A stretch of DNA of 64,000 nucleotides from Setoptus koraiensis (lineage: Eukaryota > Animalia > Arthropoda): contig CM106586.1 of the NCBI GenBank assembly GCA_048013815.1, positions 22,072,001 to 22,136,000 on the forward strand, in the 5' to 3' direction. Numbering within the stretch: the first letter of the stretch is position 1; every line of letters starts with the position of its first letter. The notes beneath the pieces were generated by a model. It saw only the letters and a program-made list of their open reading frames with translations, did no database searches and was not told the origin of the DNA. Positions 12,157 through 23,739 of this stretch are shown piece after piece. A program made the position numbers and the translations under genes.

Positions 12157-12250
12157 ACAGTCTGTTCGGCAGAGTCTGTTCGGCAGAGTCTGTTCGGCAG
12201 AGTCTGTTCGACCGAGTCTGTTCGACCGAGTCTGTTCGACAGAGTCTGCT
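12157..12250. repeat. 14-bp minisatellite, about 6.7 copies, (A/C)GAGTCTGTTCG(G/A)C
   Basis: Direct tandem units starting at 12157, 12171, 12185, 12199, 12213, 12227 and 12241 (partial). Confidence 0.95.
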
Positions 12251-12554
12251 GTGCGCCGCAACACAGTCTAGATATTCACGTCGCTGGCTGGCCGACCAGC
12301 CAGCGGGCCGACTATTCACGCTCCCCTACTCCCGACGCCCTGTCAGTGTAAGGCTTACACCTAGTGCGAGAGTCCGACAGGGCGGCGCTACCCGGCTTTC
12401 CGCATTTGCTTGTTGGTCGCTGACGATAGGCAGCGGCTTTGTCGAGCGGTGCGTTGGCTTCGGGGGCCGGAGCGAGCGAGCGGAAAGCGAAAATGTTCAA
12501 CCGCTCGGTCTGGCCTCGGCCGCACACTCACCGGGCGACGCCAGCGCCCATGCC

Positions 12555-12613
12555 GGGCGGCGGATCGGGCGGCGGATCGGACGGCGAGTCCGGCGGCGAG
12601 TCCGGCGCGAGTC
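12555..12613. repeat. GC-rich 12-bp tandem repeat, about 5 degenerate copies
   Basis: gggcggcggatc x2, ggacggcgagtc, cggcggcgagtc, cggcgcgagtc. Confidence 0.8.
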
Positions 12614-14739
12614 ACGGCCTCCATTCGCGCCGCATCCGTATGCACTGTTGCTTTCAAGGCGGAGGCCAGCGCAATATCCGACTGGCCTGTCCGGTATTCA
12701 TGTGAGCGCGGTGCAAAGGTGCGTTGGTGCACACGGTGAGGCGCCACCGCCAGTGTGTGTGGTGCTGCTGCCACCAACAGCCTGCTACTCGCAGGCTGCT
12801 TCTACGGGCAGGCTGCTAGTCACTGGAGGCTAGTGTTCGTTGCGGTGGCGCTGGTGGCGGTGCGAGCGGGTTTGGGCGAGGCACATGCACCATAGACAAT
12901 TGCGCAACTCCTGACAACGCAGCCCCCACCCTACTACGTTGCTCGTCGTGGTGAGCAGCCAGCGACATGGCTGCGCAGCACACACACACACACACACGAT
13001 TCAACGTGCCTATAACAGTGGTGCCAGTTGTTGTTGGCAGTGTATGTGGCATAGTAGGTTAGTGTACATGTAAACACACACACTCACTCTTTCCGTCACT
13101 CACTCGCTTAGACACTGGCAACACTCTCACTACGCACACACACAACGTGAGCACTAGTGAGCACAAAACTCCACATCACAGCGCACTGGCCTACTGCGCA
13201 GCCATTGCAGACAGCGAGACTCGACAGCGAACATAATGGATCGAGCGAGCGCCAGCACAAGTGCGTGCATGCCGCAGCCCGTCGGGCGTTTATGACTGCT
13301 CGTGTGTGTGTGTGCCTACCTTTGTGTATGAGCGTGTGTGTGTGTGTTGCTCTGCGCTTGTTTTGTGGTGTGTCCGCCCGTCATTGACTACACACACACA
13401 CACACACGATTTGTTGCTAGACTGCGAGACTGTGCCGCCGTCATCCTCCTCTATTCGTCATAACAGCAATAATCTTCTTCATCATCATCCCTGAACCATT
13501 ATCATTTGAACGTTATCGTCATCATCGTTTCTGTTTCTCTTGTTGTGTTAATCATCCTGAACGCACTATAAACTGCACTATAAAACACTGTACTGCACAG
13601 CCAGCCAGCCAGCCTGTGCCACACTAACAGACATCGAAAGTAACGAAAGCCGCCGCCGCTGTCGGCCCGCTTGAGCCGTTGCAAAAACAAAAAACAAAAA
13701 CAAACCCGCTAAATAACCTTCCACCTTGTGCGCCTTCTATTTATCACTGTATCGTCACCGCTGCTGCTGCTGCCGTCGTCGCACAGCGCCCACTAACGCG
13801 CTCGCCCAACTGTAAATCTACATTCTATTTGTGTGTCTATCAGTAATTATCGATCAATTAATAAAAAAAGTAACTATCTAATTATTGGCACTGATAGCCT
13901 GTGAAACCTATCCTGTCAACATCTAGCCGCTGATGCACATCGCAGCAGACATCTAGCCACGGTGAGACCAGCGAAACAGACAGGACAGAACAGAACAGAA
14001 GGAGAGCGCCCTGTTCAGCGTATTTATGCATCTGCATTAGCGAACCAAAGAACGAACGATCCAACAGCGAGCCAGCGAATTGCATCGAGAGCCATTGTTG
14101 AACTAGCGAACTGTCTGAGCGAACTATTTCAGCGAACTATCTGAACGAACTGTGAGAGAGTGTGTCCGTCTGTCTCACTGTGTTAATGTAGGCAAGCGTG
14201 CGTGTGTCTGTGTACCACTGTCCGCCTTCAACTGTGTGTGTGAGTGAGTGTGAGTGAGTGAGTGAGTGTGTGTGTTGCGTGTAGTGGTGCTAGCGTAGCT
14301 GCCTGCTAACGTTGATGCTGATAGCAAACTGTGTAGTGGTAATGGTGGTGCCTATGGTGCTGCTCCTTCTTGTAAGAGGGCAACTTTGATTCCTCAGTGA
14401 AATATTGTTATTATTATTATCATCATCAAATAATTACCATTATATCATTATTGATATTACATAATAAAATCAAGCAAAATTTGAACACAATATCAGCAAA
14501 ATCTATTTACGGATCAACTAAATATCCGCAGCAACAACACACAGTTCGTGCGTCGAAAATAGTGTTCGGAAATAGAATCTACAATATACAGAAGCGAAAA
14601 ACAACAGAATCGAATTATAAAATCCAGCACCCATCGGAATAAATGTGTTTATCGGATGCATGCGCTCACTCGCTACCTCACAGCGACCTAATTATAACAA
14701 TATAACAACCGAGATATTGTTTCCTTTTTATTGATATTG

Positions 14740-14795
14740 TCGCTATTATTATTACTATTATTATTATTATTATTAATTATTATTATTATTATTAT
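14740..14795. repeat. (ATT)n microsatellite
   Basis: tattattattactatattattattattattaattattattattattattat. Confidence 0.85.
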
Positions 14796-15145
14796 ATGCA
14801 TTTACTACAATATACAAACAACAACAATATGCAATAGAAATTTGCGTGAATGTATTTTTAATCACACAACCATCAACCAGGAAAAACAATAACAATATTT
14901 ATACAACAATTTTTAATCAATTATTACATACAAATTTAAATGTATGCAATACGTCTCAATAACTCAACTTTTACCAACTTAAACACACACTCAATCGGGC
15001 AGGAAAACAACATAGAGACTGGGAACCGCTGCAATCGCAAATATACACTCATAGACACTGCATAAGTTATAACACACGCTATCGTCATAATTATCATCAC
15101 CTACTAGTACAACCACTACCATCACTACAACTACTACTATCAGAC

Positions 15146-17251
15146 ATGGCTCCTGCCGCCGTCACCACACAGCAAGACAATGAGGTGCACACTACTAATG
15201 ATAGTCTCAACAATAGTAAGCCCTCTGATATCGAACAAGACATCAAAGAAATGGAGAGACGAAAACGTGTTGAGATGATTATGAACAGTCAATTGTTCCG
15301 AGAGGAATTAGAACGTATCATAGAGGGCCAATTCACTGATGGAAGCCCATTGGCCGGTTTGTCGGCTTTGCATCAGGTCACCGAATTATTATCTGGAAGG
15401 GGGCCCTCATCGTCACTGCGAGTGGGTCCATCTATTATTCCCATTAATGACATCAGAGGCGTTGATTCGCTTAAATTTGACAAAGGAGAGAAATTGTTGA
15501 GATGTAAGGTAGCTGCTGTTTACAGATTAATCGATCTATATGGATGGTCGCAAAGCATTTATAATCATATTTCTACTAGAGTCAATCAAGAGCTTGAACA
15601 CTTTCTCATTAATCCATTTGGTTTGCAATATAATGAAGTAACAGCATCATCATTAGTTAAAATTGATATGCAGGGAAATCTAGTAGACCAAGGCTCAACT
15701 AATTTCCTATTTAATCGTGCCGGCTTTAATTTACATTCGGCGATACATTTGGCACGTCCCGATATTAAAGCTATCATACATATACATTATCCATCATGCG
15801 TAGCAATATCAGCCTTTAAACCAGGCCTACTTCCAATATGCCAAGAGGCAGCCATAATAGGCGATGTAAGCTATTATGATTATACAGGTATATTGGCAGA
15901 TTCAGAAGAGAGAGATGCCATTGGTAAAGCGCTAGGTATTCATAATAAGGTGTTAATATTGAGAAACCACGGAGTGGTTGCTTGCGGTGTCAATATTGAA
16001 GAGGCACTATTTTATTTACATAATGTTATTAAAGCATGCGAGACACAAGTCAAATTACTGCCAGTTGGATTAGAAAATTTAACGCTCATGTCTAAAGAGT
16101 CTATTGAAAAGACTCGCGATATTGTTAAAAATTCTGCCGTTCAGGGAAGAGATGGTAATGCCTCTGAAAATAATGCAGATGGCAATTCAAGACAGCACCA
16201 CAAGTGGAATATTAAAGAATTAGAATTCGAAGCACAAATGCGCATGCTAGACAATTGTGGATTTCGAACTGGTTATGTCTATAGGCAACCATTAGTTAGA
16301 AGAGAAGAGCGTTTCAGGCATGATGTCGAAGAGCCACCAACTGTTACGTCGGTGCAATCGAACTATTTTGACGAAGACAAATGGTTGAGCCCATTGAAAA
16401 AATTAGTAGATGGTAAAAAAACACATGACCGAATACGATGGGTCAACTCACCTAATGTCTATCTTAAGAAGGAAATACTCGAAACTGGTACTCATGACCC
16501 GAAGCCTATCACACGTTGGGTGCAAGATGGACAGTCGCCTGATGGTCAACACTATGATCATGTTAGGATAGACAATGCTCATCAGTTTGCACCACCATCT
16601 ATTGATCTTGAAGAGTTTAAACGTAAGCAAAAAGAGATGAAAGAATTACGTTTTAAAAATACCATATCGAGCGGACCACAGAGTCAGATACTTGATGGTG
16701 TCACTTGGGATGAATTAAAGAGATCAGGCACTGATACTGTTGATGGACAGAGGAATACCGAACAAACTATTATTGTTGGTGCTGCTTCTAAAGGAATTAT
16801 ACAAAGGGACCATCAGCATAATGCCAAAGTTTACAAAACGGCCTATGCTAAGAATCCTTTCGATGATATCACTGATGCCCAATTGGAGGAGTATAAACGA
16901 TTAGTAGCTAGGAAACAACGCGGTGAAGATGTGCCCTATGAAGAAATACCAGAAAATATGAGGCATCTCTTGAACGAGCCCATAAGCGAAAGATTAACTA
17001 GTCCTACATCACCAACATCTCCTCTCTCTGAGGATGAATCTGAAAACAAGAAGAGAGATAAGGATAAAAAAGAGAAGAAAAAGAGAATTCGAACGCCATC
17101 GTTTTTGAAAGGCGGCCGAAAAGAGAAGGAAGAAGAGCGCGATGAAAAAAAAGAAGAGAAGAAAGAGGAAAAGAAAGAAGACAAAAAGAAGAGAGATAAA
17201 GATAAGAAGAAAGACAGAAAAGAGGAGAAGAGAGAAAAAGAAAAGGCTTAA
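15146..17251 (+). CDS. hts: Adducin (hu-li tai shao / alpha-adducin orthologue), 701 aa, intronless CDS
   Basis: MERRKRVEMIMNSQLFREELERII, class II aldolase head (IYNHISTRV, FLINPFGL, LRNHG), RWVNSPNVY neck, MARCKS-like KKKRIRTPSFLK; an AG acceptor 2 nt before the ATG suggests a 5'-UTR intron. Confidence 0.95.
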   Translation: MAPAAVTTQQDNEVHTTNDSLNNSKPSDIEQDIKEMERRKRVEMIMNSQLFREELERIIEGQFTDGSPLAGLSALHQVTELLSGRGPSSSLRVGPSIIPINDIRGVDSLKFDKGEKLLRCKVAAVYRLIDLYGWSQSIYNHISTRVNQELEHFLINPFGLQYNEVTASSLVKIDMQGNLVDQGSTNFLFNRAGFNLHSAIHLARPDIKAIIHIHYPSCVAISAFKPGLLPICQEAAIIGDVSYYDYTGILADSEERDAIGKALGIHNKVLILRNHGVVACGVNIEEALFYLHNVIKACETQVKLLPVGLENLTLMSKESIEKTRDIVKNSAVQGRDGNASENNADGNSRQHHKWNIKELEFEAQMRMLDNCGFRTGYVYRQPLVRREERFRHDVEEPPTVTSVQSNYFDEDKWLSPLKKLVDGKKTHDRIRWVNSPNVYLKKEILETGTHDPKPITRWVQDGQSPDGQHYDHVRIDNAHQFAPPSIDLEEFKRKQKEMKELRFKNTISSGPQSQILDGVTWDELKRSGTDTVDGQRNTEQTIIVGAASKGIIQRDHQHNAKVYKTAYAKNPFDDITDAQLEEYKRLVARKQRGEDVPYEEIPENMRHLLNEPISERLTSPTSPTSPLSEDESENKKRDKDKKEKKKRIRTPSFLKGGRKEKEEERDEKKEEKKEEKKEDKKKRDKDKKKDRKEEKREKEKA

Positions 17252-17831
17252 AATATAGATTATTTAGAGCAGAAAAAAAGAGTGCATATTAGGATGATCT
17301 TGAAGTTTACATTGTTCAAAATTATTGAAAATTATACACAAACGATTCTACTATCTAATAAATAGAAATAATCTACACTGAATATACGATATTCAAATGA
17401 CAATACTATTCGTCGGGGAGTCATGATATAACTTTCTCTTTGACGTTCGATAAAGACCACGCTTAGTAAATAGGGCATTCGGCATGCGCTCTCACTCAAA
17501 GTGTGCTGCCCAATCTACTGGTTTATCTTTTGATCCTCTCACTGATTGTTTGCTCCGATTTTATCTCGTGCATCTTCTGTACCGATTGCGTTTTAATTTT
17601 CTTTGATCACATAAACTTACGCCGCTTCCCTGAGAGGGTTTCAATCATTGTGGTTTGAATTTCTCGCCAAATGTGACAAAATCATTATCGCTATGCCTGG
17701 CCAATCTATTCTTTAATGTAGTATCTAAAATAGTTACTTTATTGTGCTCGTATAATAAAACAAAACAAAAAAAAACTGGTGGATAAACGATACATAATGC
17801 CCCATGAAACTCGTGTTCTAAATAATCCGTA

Positions 17832-19349
17832 ATGTGGCCATCTATAGAAAAAGTTTGTGATGAGAGATCTCTAATGCGAGATGCAAGAGATTACGCGTTG
17901 AATCATGGTCTAGTCATAAGGCAGAACAGCATTATTAATGACAATACTGTGGTACACTATCCGATAACACTATTTCCTTGTCCGTTTCCGCGTCGGCTTT
18001 ACGAATTAGCCGAATCGATACAAAAAGATGTAAATCAACTCATGTACAAGGTTGCCACAAACATTGAGTTTATGAGTCAATCTCTTCAGACAGTCATTGA
18101 TGTAGACGACTTCACAAAAAACATCCATGATATCAGTATCAAAATTGAGAAAGAGGGCCGATCACAACCCTACATTTCATGCATTAGTAGATCAGATTAC
18201 ATGTTAAATGCTGGACATTTTTCGGCCGGGGCCACAGAAAACAAACTCAACTTGAGACAGGTTGAGGTCAATGCGATCGCGTCCAGCCTATCTGGTCCAA
18301 GTAAACATGTGTCAGAATTGCATAAATACATCATCAGCAAGCATAAAGTGCTAGCCACGGACCCTTTTGAAACTGAGGACATTCTAGAATCAAGGACACC
18401 TAAGAATGGAGGGTATCAACTGGTTTGTGATGGTCTCATCAGAGCCTTCGACGCCTATAATAAGAGCAACACCTACATACTTGTGGTATGCGACGATCGA
18501 ACTTTGAATTTTAGCGACCACCGTCTCACTGAAGAAGGGATCTTTCGTATCAGGCCTGACATCATATCGATCAGACGAAGATTCGTTGATCTACCCAGTT
18601 GTGCGAGGCTAGGACCAAATAGAGAATTACTCGTAGACGAAAGAGAAATCGCCGTTGTTTACTTTAGATACTGTTACGACCCTTCCCATTACAATTTCGA
18701 AGGTGCATGGGATATGCGACTACTACTAGAGCAATCGAGAGCGATTAAGTGTCCATCGAGTAACTTCCACTTATCTGGTGTGAAAAAATTTCAACAAGTT
18801 ATAAACGACGAAAAAAGCTTGGAACAATTTATAGCACCAGAAGCCGCTAAACGATTAAGCCAGGTTTTTTCCTCTTTCTGGCCATTAGGTTTTGATGAGA
18901 AAGGTAATCAGGCGCTTAATATGGCTTTAGTCAGCCCTAAAAATCTTGTATTGAAACCTCAACGAGAGGGTGGAGGACATAATATTTACAAGGAAGCAAT
19001 AGTTCCGTTCTTAAAAGATATAAAAGACTCCTCTGCCAGAAATCAATATATACTTATGGAATATATAGATAGTCCGACTACAGCCAACTGGATTTTACTC
19101 CATGATCAAATTGATGAGACTCTCAGTTTGAATAGACCAGATCACTTGGTCAGCGAGTTGGGTATTTATGGTTCCGTGCTCGCTGGGACCAGTGGTATAG
19201 ATGCAAACAATAGCGCAGGCTACTTGGTAAGAAGTAAGAAGCTAGGTGTCAACGAAGGGGGAGTTTTGTCGGGTTATGCAGCATTAAGTAGTTTATATCT
19301 CCTAAATGAATCGGATGAGGCTGATCTGAGTTATTACTTTAAATTGTAG
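17832..19349 (+). CDS. GSS: Glutathione synthetase (eukaryotic type), single exon
   Basis: RSDYM, QVEVNAIASS, VVYFR, SRAIKCPS, VLKPQREGGGHN, SELGIYG, GYLVRSK, NEGGV. Confidence 0.95.
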   Translation: MWPSIEKVCDERSLMRDARDYALNHGLVIRQNSIINDNTVVHYPITLFPCPFPRRLYELAESIQKDVNQLMYKVATNIEFMSQSLQTVIDVDDFTKNIHDISIKIEKEGRSQPYISCISRSDYMLNAGHFSAGATENKLNLRQVEVNAIASSLSGPSKHVSELHKYIISKHKVLATDPFETEDILESRTPKNGGYQLVCDGLIRAFDAYNKSNTYILVVCDDRTLNFSDHRLTEEGIFRIRPDIISIRRRFVDLPSCARLGPNRELLVDEREIAVVYFRYCYDPSHYNFEGAWDMRLLLEQSRAIKCPSSNFHLSGVKKFQQVINDEKSLEQFIAPEAAKRLSQVFSSFWPLGFDEKGNQALNMALVSPKNLVLKPQREGGGHNIYKEAIVPFLKDIKDSSARNQYILMEYIDSPTTANWILLHDQIDETLSLNRPDHLVSELGIYGSVLAGTSGIDANNSAGYLVRSKKLGVNEGGVLSGYAALSSLYLLNESDEADLSYYFKL

Positions 19350-19375
19350 TACAAACAAAAACTATGATGAAACTT

Positions 19376-19957
19376 TCACTGTGTGTTCAAGAGTCCGCCG
19401 TTTGCATCAGTCCCTAATTTAGGCATAAACAATCCACCATCCTTTGATTGAAAGAACGTATAAGATAAAATAATCTCGTCTGTGGTCTCCAAACGGGGAT
19501 CATTGACAAATTTGGGATCAATATAAAATAGTACAGGCATAAAGACGTCCTCGTTTGCGTTGAGCATTTGTTCTTCGAAACAAAAGCACTGAATCTTGTT
19601 GAAGTAAAGACCAGCTTCATAAGGCATTACCGAATAAGTGGCCACACCGATCACAGGCTTGTCGAGGGGATTTTTGGCTCTGTAGAAAGCAAGGGTAGTC
19701 TCTCCTGGATGAATTTTAACTTGTGCTTGAACAGGTTCAAATTGCCAAGCCATTCTAGATGATGTGTCAGCGTTAAATCTAACTGTTATGAGCCTGTCAT
19801 CGTTCCTTTTTAAAGACAGCACTTTCTCTTCGTTTTCTTTGACTGCTTTGCCTCCTTTTCCTGTGACGTTACAATAGATCCTGTAGAGGGGAACGGCACC
19901 ATAACTAGCCGCAAACATCGCAAAAGCCATAGTGGCTAGTTTTGAATAGGGAGCCAT
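19376..19957 (-). CDS. COX11: Cytochrome c oxidase assembly protein COX11 (N-terminus uncertain)
   Basis: ASYGAVPLYRIYC, PGETTLAFYRAKNP, YFNKIQCFCFEEQ copper-binding CFC motif, LSYTFF. Confidence 0.93.
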   Translation of the reverse strand: MAPYSKLATMAFAMFAASYGAVPLYRIYCNVTGKGGKAVKENEEKVLSLKRNDDRLITVRFNADTSSRMAWQFEPVQAQVKIHPGETTLAFYRAKNPLDKPVIGVATYSVMPYEAGLYFNKIQCFCFEEQMLNANEDVFMPVLFYIDPKFVNDPRLETTDEIILSYTFFQSKDGGLFMPKLGTDANGGLLNTQ

Positions 19958-20948
19958 CTGAGGTCATTCGTTTATTGATATCTAACAGTAAGTTAAATAC
20001 ATTCGATCGAGATTTTTCCATTAGAGTTGCATGAAGTGCATCACGACAATGTCTATTCGACCACATTATTATCATATGTTCGTTGTGTTATGTCGTGCAA
20101 AGCGAGTCGACTCAATGACCTACGCGCGAGTCGTGTATCTAAACATGTCATCGGTTTGGTATTTCGACAACAACGTGATATTGAACGTTAAATAATCAGA
20201 TACAACGAATGCCTTGTTTGTTGACCTTCTCTCCAGTTATCCATAGAACACCAATCGCAATTGATGACATTAGCCGTAAAACTCAACGAGCTGAAGCTTC
20301 GAAGTAGCTATAGATTGGCTGAGACAACCACTAACCACGACAACGAGTTCATACCTTACATGATCACCTTAATGGGGCGAATTATGCCTAGTGTGTAACT
20401 CACACACAGATTTCAGATCATTTCTCTCTAGAATAAGGCAGAAATTTCTTTGTCCCGATGCAAACAAAAATCTTTTGATAGGGTTGGTGCAGACAGATTT
20501 GATTTTAGCCAGAACTCGCAAAACCAAGCGAAAGAAATTGATATCAGACCGGTTGTATTGATCGCACCTTTTATGGCAATCAAGTCGCAACCGACTGATG
20601 TAGACTGCCAAACAGAGATCAAGTGTAATAAGCAGGCGACAAGACGAAGAATTCGAGGGATAAATTGATTTTTGTCAGCGGTACAGGCAGAAAAAAAACC
20701 AAAACAATGGTTCGAATTTCGCGCGATCTGCCGAAATCAAGTTTTCGCAGATGGATTAGCCAGTATTGCTGTGTGCTGTAGTGGTTTTTTCCTATACTGT
20801 GGATGTCGCATTTTTGGTGGTTCAGTGGTATGTCCATGCAAACTAGATACGCATATGAATAGTCCAAGACAGAGATATAGACGAAACGATGAATTGGAAT
20901 TGAACAAATTTAAGCCAACATTATCCTAATTGATACCGCACCACAATC

Positions 20949-21270
20949 ATGAAAGAGGTGCTTCTGGTTTTCCTATCTGTAAGCCTGTCGCTATTTGTAG
21001 TGATAGGATTGGTGTGCCTAGGTTTGTATAGCTAACTTTCATTTGTAAACATCCCCTAGCCCCCTTGAGGAAACGCAAATTAATATAACGATTACACGCT
21101 GTTTTGTTATTTTTTGACCACTATCAGGTTGGTTCATTGTGTGGAAATTCTTCCTTGCCAGATTCAAATTAATCAAAGAGCTCCTTAGTATATCGAACAA
21201 TCAATCAGCGCCAAAAAGGGACTCGGAGGACATTCTCGCATTCAATGGTGGACCGGCAGCAAGAAAAATA
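20949..21270 (+). CDS. SMIM13: Small integral membrane protein 13-like, 71 aa; join(20949..21021,21128..21270)
   Basis: Spliced product MKEVLLVFLSVSLSLFVVIGLVCLGWFIVWKFFLARFKLIKELL... matches the SMIM13 pattern GW..VW..FL..FK...EL; GT-AG 106-nt phase-1 intron; absent from the ORF track. Confidence 0.8.
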
Positions 21271-21707
21271 AAATGAATACAAATATACTTTACCATGATC
21301 ATTCGACCATCCATAATAACGACACATGTGACACACCTAGGGATACCTTATTGATCTAGATTGATAATAGATTATTATACAATACCAAGATGCAAACATT
21401 TACCACTTGATGGGGATATTTTGCGCGAACATTTCGCATAAATATACATAGTTACATATGTATATAAATATATATATATATATATACACACACATTACAT
21501 TAGTATGTGCATATGATAATTTAACAGTCAGATAGAGGTTCTGTGATGTCCAGAGAGATTTAAAATGATCAATTCAAATCATTCACTGGTTGTGAACACG
21601 ACAAATAGTTAACCTGCCGCTCAAGAAATTTACATAACGTTGTTAGTCAAAGGTTAAGTTGTTGTTTATATTAAATTTCATCATAGCACATCATCACTGT
21701 TGTTTGT

Positions 21708-23739
21708 CTAACGCAAGTTTCTACTTAATGAGAATATCAAACTAGCTAACTTATCGGGTTCTGTGTAATATTGAGATTTTACAGGATCATACATTATATC
21801 GCCATATTTGGTACGTTCTGCTAACCAGTTGCTAAACTTTTCTGGTTCAGTTACTATCTCGAATTCTAATATCTCGCCATCGTCTGTTTCATTGTCAACA
21901 TATACACGACTTTTTCTCTTCTTTTTATGCTCATGCTTTTTCTTGCTTTTTCTAGTTGGTTTTCTAGGTGCTCTTGATGTTTCCCTTCTGTATCTTCCCC
22001 GTTTGTTTGTTCCTTTTTTTTCATTCAATGACTGTGTATTGGTTGCCACTCCTTTGGTTGGCAATCGAGCTATGCTTCTTTTAACTAAATCATGGACACC
22101 AATGTTGGCGGTGGGCATTCCAAAGCCTGACTTGCTTCGCAAACCATCATCAACAATTGATTCTCGAACCATCGGAATATTGTTATTTTCTAGCGATGAT
22201 CCTATGCTAGACGGACCGGCTTATTTGTTTGAACCAATTTCGTTTCGTACCATCATTATTATTGAAAAATGGCATTCGCCACATATTGTCGGGAAGTTGC
22301 GCGTAAGAGGACCATCGGTTGGTTGGTGGTGGTGGTGTAGAGGACGAGTGAGAAACGAATAAAGACGGATGAGAAGTTGTTAATTTAATGGGGCTATCAA
22401 CTAATTGTTGAGTGTTGCGGTCGTAGTTGTTATTTTGTCTGGAATAACTTTGTGATGGAAATAGCCTATTATTCTGCTGATGACCGCTTCTTCTGCCATT
22501 CAATTCTTGGACAGTGCCCATTTGAAATCCCGGCAATATGTTTGAGGGGGTAGTTGACCTATGGTTTTGATCCATGAACGCGATATTGTTGACCTCATCA
22601 TAACTGGTTGTCATGGACAAAGGTTTGCTATCAATATCTATTGATGGTGGCGATGGACTGCCATTAACATTCTCTTTTTTATCTACTTGCTGGTCACCAT
22701 TTATTTGATTGCTAACAATTGTTATCTTGCTATTGTCACTTTGATTAGGTCTTGCAATCAATGGCATGGCTTGTATGTTAGGAATGATTAGAGATGGATT
22801 AGGTGTCTGTTTATATGGTTGTTGAATATTTACCTTGGTGCCCTGATTGACTGACTGTATCTGAAGCTGCTGCTGCTGTTGCGGATTGGATGCTTGCTGT
22901 TGGTTGTGATCTGACTGGGTGATCGATGGCTGAACTCGCTGATCTTGTTGTATCGAATTCTGAGACTGGTTCGACTTCTGCTCTTGTCGTTGCATATTGT
23001 CATCATTGTTTATTGGAGAATGTAATAATTGATTATAAGGTTTAGTCGTTGGATTGTAACTATCATCGTTGCGATAATTTTGTACTAATGGTTTGTTCGT
23101 TGATTCTATACCTTTTGCCTGCGACGATGATTGTTCATCATTCACCTGTTGCTGCATATTTGTTGCTGTTATTCGGTTCATAGCACCACTACCCGCGATT
23201 ACCTTTGATAGAATCTTACTGAGATCAACACCTCTATAACGGCGAAGATTCTCGTATTCGCCAGGTAACATCATCGACGGATAGGTCTTCCTGTCTATGG
23301 AATACGGGGTGCTTGCACTAAATGATGCTCCGTTATTGCCCGCCCTATAATAGCCTTTACTGAAATCGTGATCACCCTTAACACTTATATTAATACCGGG
23401 AACATAGGGAAAGTTGTAGGCATAATTATGCTGCAAACCAATTGGTTGAGCGGCAGTTCCGGCGCCTCCACTAGCAAGATATGATCGGTCATAACCAAAC
23501 ATTTCCAGCAATCGTGATACGGCTGCCATATTGACACCAACGAGACCGGCTGTCGTCAATATAGAGGTGACAGGAACAACGGATAGAACTGCTGAAACTG
23601 CATCTAGTTGACAATCTGCACGTCTCACAACTGGTAAGTAAGATTGATCATCGGATAACAAAAGCAATAGCGTTAAGGTAAGAACTATGTAACCAAAATA
23701 GCATCTTGATTTGATTGTTTTTCGTTCAAGAAGATGCAT
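21708..23739 (-). CDS. Orphan protein with N-terminal hydrophobic signal/TM segment, Q/N-rich middle and basic C-terminal region; probably the 510-aa and 154-aa ORFs joined by a short intron (22190 or 22202..22250)
   Basis: ATG at 23739; hydrophobic YIVLTLTLLLLL; GTACGA donor and in-phase TAG acceptors link the two frames; no family recognised. Confidence 0.6.

Noticed and set aside
12157-12250. CRISPR-like appearance of regular repeats
   Set aside because: Head-to-tail 14-mers without unique spacers, in a eukaryotic context with no cas genes
11979-12833. 284-aa plus-strand ORF and overlapping ORFs
   Set aside because: Non-ATG start; the length comes from the GC-rich island and the 14-bp and 12-bp repeats; ORFs are open in several frames on both strands; no protein motif
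17832-19349. Horizontal-transfer origin for intronless genes such as GSS
   Set aside because: Motifs are of the eukaryotic type, and intronlessness is shared by core eukaryote-only genes (ARPC3, adducin), so intron loss explains it
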